DNA of 64,000 nucleotides, taken from assembly GCA_030141605.1 (NCBI GenBank), contig JAQGDQ010000102.1:511266-575265 (forward strand), in the 5' to 3' direction. A model generated the notes under the pieces. That model was not told where the DNA came from and did no database searches. It saw only the letters and a program-made list of their open reading frames with translations. Within the stretch, counting starts at the first letter, position 1; every line of letters begins with the position of its first letter. Below, one piece after another: positions 43,201 to 64,000 of this stretch. The DNA comes from Tubiluchus corallicola (Eukaryota; Animalia; Priapulida). The position numbers were made by a program, and so were the translations under genes.

Positions 43201-46200
43201 ACTACGGACACAGTCCGCTATTTCGCGAGCTGACCACTAATTGGCGGGCCGTCACTTCGTTTACATCATTACATCAGTGTAACTACACGTGCGTTAGCTT
43301 GTATGTCAGCATGCTTAGTGGTTTAATCAGCATGTATAAGTGGTTTAGAGTCAATTATGCAGAGTTATTTGAGTCTATTACTGACAGTTTTATGTACTTT
43401 TGCATAAGAGCCGCCTGTACTAGATGTTTTTGAAACAATTAAATAACTGATTCTACATTACCATGAGTCTAATACACGGCACCTACTGTATTAGCTTAGC
43501 ATCGGAAAATATGGAAAATCGGCAATTCGGACCAATGTCTCCCTGTTTTTGTGTGGCAAATCGAGATATGGGTGCATTATCAATTAGTTAATTAATTTAT
43601 TATGAACTCATACATAAATGTGAATTAAAAACAAACACAGACAAACGTACATTAGTAAAAGTTACAAATATTACTAATAATTAGTATTGCTATAGTAATT
43701 AATTAGTAATTACTATTACTAGTAACTTGTATAATTACACGATAATTTCACAGATAGTTTTAAATTTTAGATCTTAATTCCATGGATTTGTTTTCCTTTC
43801 TATTAGCTTGGTTATCTCAAAATGCTATCAAAGTTTATTTATAATGTGCTTTGACCAAAAATGTACCAAAAATGCATTTATCGCAAAGCAAAAGCTTCTG
43901 GAATGACTTTACCTGTCACATACCTTACTAAAACTCTTTAAATATTTTTAGAAACTGTTTACAAATTATCATTACTAATATTATTGCACAAGTAATATTT
44001 GAAATAAATACAATAAAATTTTCAAACCTTATAGTCATTATCGGTCAGCATGTTCAAGAGGAGTGTGACAAGCTTTTGAGGGAACTCGTACTTGACCGTC
44101 CACATACACAGCTCATCCAGGAACGTTCTGTGCTCTAGACCGTCATCGTAGTGCAAATCTATAGTGGAAATTTCTCAAGATTTCAAACCAGCAAAAATAC
44201 ATATGACAGGCCTCAAAATTTCGAAAATTTGAGTAACACAAAACCCGTTCTCGTTGTATTTGGCTTGAGTAACCTACCACATAGTTACCTAGAATTTTTA
44301 GCACAAGTAAAAAATGTGATAGTATAAATATAATACTTGGCATAAAAAATTATAATTATATGTTTGCTTTCACGTTTACATTCATAAAATGCTATTTATA
44401 GCGACAGGTTAGCCGTTTGGCTTAGCTAAAGAGTGTTTGATCAACTCACAGAAATTTTAGTCACTATTGACAATTTAGCCATCCAATTAAAATTAATTAA
44501 AATAATCATCTATTGTTGGTTCTTGACTGATTGCAAAATTAAAATAAATTTCACAGATCTGGCATATCTTTGGTTATTTTTCACTCGGACTCCGGAATAT
44601 TGTATTGAGTCTGGTTTTCTAAGTCCAACAGCAGCCAAAATATACCCATGGCTGTGCATTGTCGCAAATCATTTGTGCGAAGTTCGAGTTTTGGGACAAT
44701 TTCGCAAAATTTTCACAGAAAGAGGTGGGGAACAACTGAAAGTCGCAAAATTGTCAATAAATAGTTGCAAAATTGTTACAACAGTCTCAAAAGTGTCGCC
44801 AAATGTTCGTTTTGCAGTTTCTGTAATTGCTGATGAACATCGCGAATAATTTGCGAACGTTTGATGAATGTTATGACAACTTTACGACAGTTTTGCGAAG
44901 TTTTCGTGAAGTGGCGCGTCTTGCTGCTTGATATCCTTTTGATATCATCAGTCAGAGCGAGTTTATAAATACCTTGTCTAAAAACTGCAGGTTTTGGCAT
45001 CTCCTTCACTGCAGCTTGAAACATCTCCTGCCTGTCTTGCATATCAGCTCTTCCTACAAAAACAAAGTAAATATTCAGGCAGTATTCCTCAGTAGAAATC
45101 AAAATATTTTGCTAGTTAAATCAGTTTGTTTCAACTAATTTAACCTTTTTACTGTTTGTATGACGAGAATTTGCCGCCATGAAAATGTTATTCTAACTGG
45201 CCCATATGACAAGACTGTACCATCATGCTTAAATCGAAGACAGGATGATTTTTCATATACGTTTCAATAAGAATACGATAAAAAGTATACATTTTAACAC
45301 CAATAATACTATAAAAGTGTTTCTGATAATTAATATATTGATAAAAAACTAAATTAATGGCGGGCGAGCCCAAATATCGATGCTATACAAACGAACATGA
45401 TTTCAACAGCAATAATATTCCACGAGCGTGCTGCACGTGTTTGCAAAAGCAAAACTGAAGTACAGTGCTACTGTAAGATATTTAGTGTGTTATATTAAAA
45501 CTAGAAGAGTTTTAAGGTAAAAATTCAACTTTCAAATTTACCGCTGTTATTACGCATGAGCTGTCGAATATGTGCAGTTTGTCACAAACTAACACATCTG
45601 AACTGAGAGGTACATTCCGTTTTTGTGCAATACATTTCCAAAATGCAGGCAATAATGCCAGTCCAACTAGCAAAGGGTGAAATGCATGTAACAGTGAAGA
45701 ACTAATGGCACAAACATGTCATAAATTATCAAACCTTCAGTCAGGTCGTGATAAATGACCGGATTAATCAAAATGTGAGTGAAAACACTCCGCATGGCGG
45801 CTCCCATGTCACTCAGCTCGTGCAGGAAGTTGAGATACACGTCCGCATCTTTCATGGCAATGAGGTACGAGTCGAGGGTGCCTGAAAATGAGAAAAATTA
45901 CGAGTTGTTGACTTCTTAGTTCACAGGTTTAGGCAGTGATGTAAAGTGCCCAACGTGCTAATCAGTGCGGATGAAAAATTTTTCAGGTTTAGTAATTTAG
46001 CATTGGTTTTATGCATAGATCTGGTTATAAACAAAATTCTTCATTTAAAGGAAAACCTGACGATTGTTTAGACTCAATCTCATATTAATTTACTGCCCAA
46101 AATATACATTTTCTTGCCTATAACAGTTAGTAATTGTTTCTTACATTTGAATAATTAGCTTAGAAAGTCAATTAACGGCAACCGAACACAGTTTTGCTTA

Positions 46201-48994
46201 CATCAGAAACTAACCACAGCTTGTGCAATGGCAGGCATCTTCCCTTGCGCGTCAAGCGCGTTTGCATAGGTGTTACAGTATTGCTTAAACACGTGATGTC
46301 ACGAAAATGGGCTCTACATCATAAGAGACGTGACAGAAATCAACACTGCAGTTCATGATCATGTACTGCCTTCTATTTGTCGGCCACACGAATGTGACTA
46401 AAAGGTGCCATTGCCAACCTTAGTAGATTCACTAAGCCTCGCGCAGCTTTGAAAGTTTAATAAAATTTGAGTATCCGAGGTACTTATTATTTAATGTGAA
46501 CGTTAATCTAAAAAAGCTATTGTAGTTTTCAATATTTTAGAGTATTCTTTATTCTGAACTAATATTTACATGTCCGGTTTTCCTTTAAAAGCATTATGTG
46601 ATAGCAAACTCTTTGTCATGATATCTGCACATTCCTAAAACACGTTTTCATACTAGAAAAACACCAGAGTTAAAATATTGTACATACATTAAATGAAGCA
46701 CAGTGTGTAGTTTAGAATTTTAACGGCACTCTTCAGAAATAAAACTAAATTTAAACTGTCGCAGTGGCCATTACCCACAGCCGTTTTAATAGTAGGTCAT
46801 TTAAAACGAGTTTAAATAACATTTTGTAAAGTTTGAAAAAATAATCAGTGCATTTGTAGCACACACCTCACTAACTAAGCAAAAGGATAAACTAATTTAT
46901 ATAGAATAAGACCAAAAATGCATTTTTTGGTGAATCAGTGGTGCACACGGGGACGGCGGTTCAGTGCCGTTTCACCAGGTGGTGTGAAGTTTTTAAATTA
47001 CAAAAAATTGGCACAGATGAACTAAAACCTCGGGCAATTCTTTTAGTCAAGTTAGATGAAAATCTGGAAAAAAACTAGTGCATTAGCAGCTTTGCAGTTT
47101 TCACTAGTTTTTGCTTTAGGACTTTGTTTAAGACCTCAAGAACTTCAGAAAAAATCCAATGGTAAGTCAGGCATATTGTAGAGCGGTCTCTCACAGCCCA
47201 TGAGTGGTGAGGAAGGACTGCAACTTGTTAAAAAAACTACATAATTTCAGTTGGTAATTGAAGGTCCTCATGCCAGACTGATTTTGTACAACACTTAAAG
47301 TTACAGATGTCGTCATAGCAATCGAGTTCCAGTCAAAAAACAAATGAAAAGAAATGTCAAAGGCCCAGTTTGATTCACGTCAGAGCTTGATGAGATTGGA
47401 AAAAAGTTTAAAAAGAAAATTAGAAATGACAAGTAATCAACCTACGAGACATCCTGTATAATTATGTAATATCATTGTTACGTAACAATTTGATGACCAG
47501 CACCTGCTACTAGTCACTGAGTTTACATTGCAGCTTTAGGCAGTCATACCTGTGGTTGATTTGTCTCTAAGATGCTGTACGAGCCTTAAGATGATGCGAG
47601 GCATCATTGCCTTGGCAACAGAGAGAAGATCCTCAGGCAGGTGTGGAAAGTTAACAGCTCTGCTGGGTCCATGTTTTGGGCAAAATCTGAAATGAAACAC
47701 AACAACGGTGTAAAACCCGAAAAGAAACAAAAGCGTCTACCCTGCATGATGTTTAAAATAAAATTTTTACACTGTAGGCAATGCACAATCTACAGCAAAA
47801 GAAAGTATCTTGCAAAAACATAAATAAAGTCACTCACAGTAGAAGATCTTAAATAAATATCAACAGCAAAGAAATGTGAAATCAATTGCACGCATTTTTG
47901 AATATGAAATGAAAAAATTCAACCTTTCAAAATGCTCACTGTATCAGCAGAATATTACTTAAAACCTACGGAGAAAAATTAGTTGCTGATTACTCAGTTA
48001 CTTCTAGCAATTTTTAAAAAATATTACAGGACAAAAAATGATCAGAAGGCAGGGCTGATATAGTTTACAAATGTAGCCTGGCGCAAGGGCACAGTTTATG
48101 AAAAATTTGTCTGACGCAGATTTTTCCTAGTCTGCGACCTTGTTTCGCACACTGCACTGCATTTGGACACAGATTTCTATCAAGTATGCTTAATTTTCTG
48201 TATCTGACAAACTTGTCCGGCTCAAGTGTGGGGCTCGGGGTGCCGCAAACTGCATCAGAAAAACAGGTCAGACAAGTAAAAAGCAATGATTTTGTTGCAA
48301 GTCACCTATAATTGTTTGTTGGGGTTACTCATGACACAGTTTGCCTCACACAAAAAGCTACAGTGCGAGGGAAAATTTTGTCTGCAATTATTTGAGATAG
48401 ACAACTTTGTTGCAGCAGATATTTTTTACAGTGTGCATCTAGCATAAGATTAATAGCAAATACCCGTCTTCTTTCATGACATTAGGGTCACCGCAGTCAC
48501 AGGCTCCACCTGCTTGACTCCGAAACATGTTGTAGTCATGACCATCATGATTACCAGCTCTAAAGCAATCTGCACATAGTGACATATATAGTGAAATACC
48601 ACAGGTACGACAGCGATAAGCAACGAAGTTTGATGTCCATACCAATCCACACGTCGTCGTGTTATCATACAGTCTCACTGCAAACATAAACAATAAAAGC
48701 TTAATTAATGCTAAATTTATGTACAGCGAAACTATAATGATTAATAAATGCTTGGGATGTATATTTCTCACCAGTTTTAGCAAATTCATCGGGAGTTTGT
48801 CCACCAGCCATAAGCCACTTGCACCAATCAATCGTTTCCCAATCCCACAGAGGCTTTGATGGAGCTAGTATGTCGTCCAACAGTTCGTTTAATGTTTGCG
48901 TCCCATCTTCTCTATTACAGTGATTCTTAAAATACACCGCAGCACTTCTTTTTCCATCAGGTTTCCCCCTGTGTAGAAACACTCGGGCGGCCAT
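2318..48994 (-). CDS. UBR3: E3 ubiquitin-protein ligase UBR3 (37 coding exons, about 1794 aa)
   Basis: Exons traced manually; all have GT-AG boundaries with compatible phases: 48994-48772, 48677-48464, 47686-47550, 45881-45735, 45053-44973, 44158-44028, 43032-42816, 40558-40376, 39224-39091, 36349-36266, 35075-34911, 33277-33149, 31792-31740, 31163-31033, 30532-30387, 29405-29336, 28218-28122, 27590-27443, 26662-26564, 25320-25125, 24217-24081, 23551-23368, 21178(or 21184)-21079, 20017-19767, 18489-18347, 16770-16660, 15925-15704, 15354-15218, 12887-12681, 12548-12436, 11283-11162, 9277-9179, 8225-8103, 7750-7568, 7050-6841, 3205-3066, 2435-2318 (sum 5385 nt, ending TAG). Motifs: UBR box ([17 protein letters not shown]...[18 protein letters not shown]), [30 protein letters not shown], split RING (CVICG ... 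[10 protein letters not shown] ... [13 protein letters not shown]) and C-terminal CGAGTGIFL...[24 protein letters not shown]. Confidence 0.95.
3275..3990 (-). mobile_element. 5'-truncated non-LTR retrotransposon (ORF2 C-terminus plus 3' tail)
   Basis: ORF 3575-3985 has [16 protein letters not shown]...[18 protein letters not shown], the Cys/His C-terminal motif of LINE RTs (RTE-X-like). The minus strand ends in AATAAA plus (ATCT)n near 3275-3295. Confidence 0.8.
4222..4751. mobile_element. Non-autonomous DNA transposon (MITE)
   Basis: Terminal inverted repeats CAGACCTGCCAA ... TTGGCAGGTCTG; no clear TSD. Confidence 0.55.
5267..5797. repeat. 73-bp direct repeat pair (5267-5339 and 5725-5797)
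   Basis: tagaaaattaaaaatcttttgggctactctgtagtctgcattc[t/c]atcaggaagacgggaacaaacaatgactg occurs twice with one mismatch. Confidence 0.85.
5851..6407 (+). mobile_element. hAT-type MITE, family B copy 1
   Basis: Homologous to 26861-27412; degenerate TIRs CAGTGG.../...CCACTA; 8-bp TSD attatttg / gttatttg. Confidence 0.75.
8495..8980 (+). repeat. Dispersed repeat family A, copy 1
   Basis: Shared blocks such as acaggatgattttt, ttgaagtacagtgcta and aaattcaaatttcaaatttaccgc recur at about 10070-10700, 45235-45720 and 56400-56830. Confidence 0.8.
9400..10060 (+). mobile_element. L2/CR1-type LINE 3' fragment inserted in a family A copy
   Basis: 9475 onward reads [29 protein letters not shown], the typical LWNxLP...FKxxLK C-terminus of L2/CR1 RTs. 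AATAAA and (TA)n at about 10032-10060. Family A sequence starts at 9362 and resumes at about 10070. Confidence 0.75.
12911..13166. repeat. (AAT)n/(AAC)n microsatellite
   Basis: About 85 triplets directly visible; source of the spurious poly-N, poly-Y and poly-I ORFs. Confidence 0.98.
13170..13515 (-). mobile_element. Degenerate L2-type LINE 3' end
   Basis: Minus strand reads [23 protein letters not shown]...FKSFL, resembling the L2 RAFSVAAPxLWNxLP..FKxxL motif. The adjacent (ATT)n tract is its likely tail. Confidence 0.6.
13944..15058. mobile_element. Tc1/pogo-type non-autonomous element with nested insertions
   Basis: TA|CAGAATACTACGCATAACTCGAAAC ... GTTTGAGTTATACGCAGTCTACTG|TA imperfect TIRs with TA TSD. 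Confidence 0.7.
14256..14499 (+). mobile_element. Possible solo LTR
   Basis: TGTAGG...CCTTACA ends, internal CCTATATAAA and downstream AATAAA; no clean TSD. Confidence 0.45.
15362..15718. repeat. About 32-bp degenerate tandem repeat filling UBR3 intron 27
   Basis: Unit approximately aacattattcactcac-cattacatagtgaaat, roughly 9-10 copies. Confidence 0.8.
17960..18265. repeat. 42-bp tandem repeat
   Basis: tttttatcgtttaaaataatt[t/c]atcgtatcattttgc[a/g]a[c/t]tatca, about 7 copies, within a TATCG-rich element (about 17550-18300). Confidence 0.9.
20420..20731. repeat. (GTT/GCT)n compound microsatellite
   Basis: Directly visible. Confidence 0.95.
21698..21890. repeat. (AAT)n/(AGT)n compound microsatellite
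   Basis: Directly visible. Confidence 0.97.
21990..22112 (-). mobile_element. tRNA-derived SINE head
   Basis: Minus strand: TAACTCAATGGTAG (A-box-like) ... GGTTAAACTCCC (B-box-like), then gtcatatcaaagacttgaaaaattgtac, resembling a conserved SINE body. No full cloverleaf. Confidence 0.6.
22344..23268. mobile_element. Tc1/pogo-type MITE
   Basis: TA|CAGTAGGCGC ... GCGCCTACTG|TA TIRs; partial internal duplication (about 22800-22940 and 23050-23190). Confidence 0.7.
24337..24686. mobile_element. Inverted-repeat relic with minimal hammerhead-like motifs (Penelope-like element pLTR)
   Basis: About 125-bp arms (24337-24460 and 24562-24686) in inverted orientation. The right arm contains TGCC-TTGACAAT-GAAC agtgt GTTC-GAAACCGGTC-GGCA. 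Confidence 0.6.
26861..27412 (+). mobile_element. hAT-type MITE, family B copy 2
   Basis: TIRs CAGTAGCGG ... CCGCTACTG; 8-bp TSD cccaaata / cccatata. Confidence 0.85.
28248..28845. repeat. 18-bp minisatellite with higher-order structure
   Basis: Unit gtgtgcttgc[g/a]aacaaac, about 33 copies; source of the spurious ORFs at 28174-28932. Confidence 0.97.
32378..32545. repeat. 21-bp minisatellite
   Basis: Unit atgtgcttacgaaaagccac[a/g], about 8 copies. Confidence 0.95.
34270..34852. mobile_element. MITE with long imperfect inverted termini
   Basis: atgatacaatgaggcgaccagttgctataactt...ccagc pairs with gctggcagctgaaagttatagccactggtc...gtcgctttagtgtaccat. Confidence 0.6.
36414..36741 (+). mobile_element. 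TA-flanked MITE, family C copy 1
   Basis: TA|CACTCATATCT ... AGATATGAGTG|TA; homologous to 41106-41730 and 43117-43574. Confidence 0.8.
37071..37207. repeat. (GAGT)n(AAGT)n microsatellite, probable LINE tail
   Basis: Directly visible; followed by tttatt (AATAAA on minus) and degenerate LINE-like sequence. Confidence 0.9.
38272..38942. mobile_element. Foldback/MITE with long inverted subterminal repeats
   Basis: TATAGGTTTTACA ... TGTAAAACCTATA termini; caaatgtagac repeats on the left mirror gtctacatttg repeats on the right. Confidence 0.7.
40653..40944. mobile_element. hAT-type MITE
   Basis: CATAAGTGTACG ... CGTACACCTATG TIRs, subterminal G-runs, imperfect 8-bp TSD cgtcattg / tatcattg. Confidence 0.65.
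41106..41730 (+). mobile_element. MITE family C copy 2 with three internal tandem duplications of about 86 bp
   Basis: Same termini as 36414; ggtccgttaaaaagtcc...gaccgctagttgact...gtaactttgtt occurs three times at about 41166-41425. Confidence 0.8.
42050..42270 (+). repeat. Dispersed repeat family E
   Basis: aaagtttgaaaaaataatc...gtagcacacacctcactaactaagcaaa also at about 46790-47000 and, more diverged, 13765-13880. Confidence 0.75.
43117..43574 (+). mobile_element. MITE family C copy 3
   Basis: CACTCGTATC ... GATATGGGTG termini and shared internal sequence. Confidence 0.75.
45235..45720 (+). repeat. Dispersed repeat family A copy
   Basis: Homologous to 8495-8980. Confidence 0.8.
48464..48677 (-). 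CDS. UBR3: UBR3 exon 2, UBR-box zinc finger
   Basis: [72 protein letters not shown]; acceptor tttgcag, donor GG|gtattt. Confidence 0.95.
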
Positions 48995-49193
48995 GATTGT
49001 TATTACCGACACTAGCGCCACTGTGTCAACACTCTTTCTAGGACGACATGCTGTACTCCAGTGTTCATTAAATTTTGATTTTGTAATGCGTTGTTCACTG
49101 TTGATTCCTAAATTTTAGTATTGATTTCTCGAGATTTTCTCAAAGAAGCGTGAAGGTGGTGTAGATGGTACCAGTAAATGAACACTATTAATC
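48995..49193. promoter_or_regulatory. Putative compact bidirectional promoter between the UBR3 and NFS1/OXSM start codons
   Basis: 199 bp between divergent ATGs (48994 minus, 49194 plus). Contains TAGCGCCAC (about 49012) and the palindrome TCTCGAGA (about 49126). Transcription start sites are not visible from sequence. Confidence 0.55.
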
Positions 49194-63504
<14,311 letters not shown>

Positions 63505-63699
63505 GTGGTGTATACTTTAATAGTGTTATCATGTTTTTTATTTTCTATGGTGTAATTATAAAGTGGAAAAATTAAACTGTAGATACCAATCATTACTTGA
63601 TTTCTGGTAATTTATTTGACAGATATGGCAGCATATCATATTAGGCGGTAGTAGTAAAATTCTTCAAGCCGTCAAGACTGTCAAAACCGCCAAGCCTCG

Positions 63700-63988
<289 letters not shown>

Positions 63989-64000
63989 GCACCGATTTCT

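Overview
AT-rich, intron-rich animal (invertebrate) genomic DNA; the species cannot be determined from the sequence. It contains three protein-coding genes. (1) A complete E3 ubiquitin ligase UBR3 on the minus strand (CDS 48994->2318, 37 GT-AG coding exons traced by hand, about 1794 aa). (2) A mitochondrial beta-ketoacyl-ACP synthase OXSM with a single coding exon (50111-51457, +). (3) The mitochondrial cysteine desulfurase NFS1 (+), which runs off the right end. The main finding is the architecture of the last two. The best candidate for NFS1 exon 1 (49194-49290) encodes a typical mitochondrial presequence and lies upstream of OXSM, 199 bp from the UBR3 start codon. OXSM is therefore nested on the same strand in NFS1 intron 1. 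The same phase-1 donor joins in frame to either the OXSM acceptor (50106) or NFS1 exon 2 (54110). One promoter and presequence exon may thus feed two unrelated but biochemically coupled enzymes (mtFAS acyl-ACP and Fe-S sulfur supply) through alternative splicing and intronic polyadenylation. About 46 conserved NFS1 codons (the SGATESNN region) could not be found in this sequence. The introns carry many MITEs, LINE 3' relics, a tRNA-SINE, Penelope-type hammerhead-like relics, minisatellites and microsatellites. All splice models are manual inferences without transcript data.
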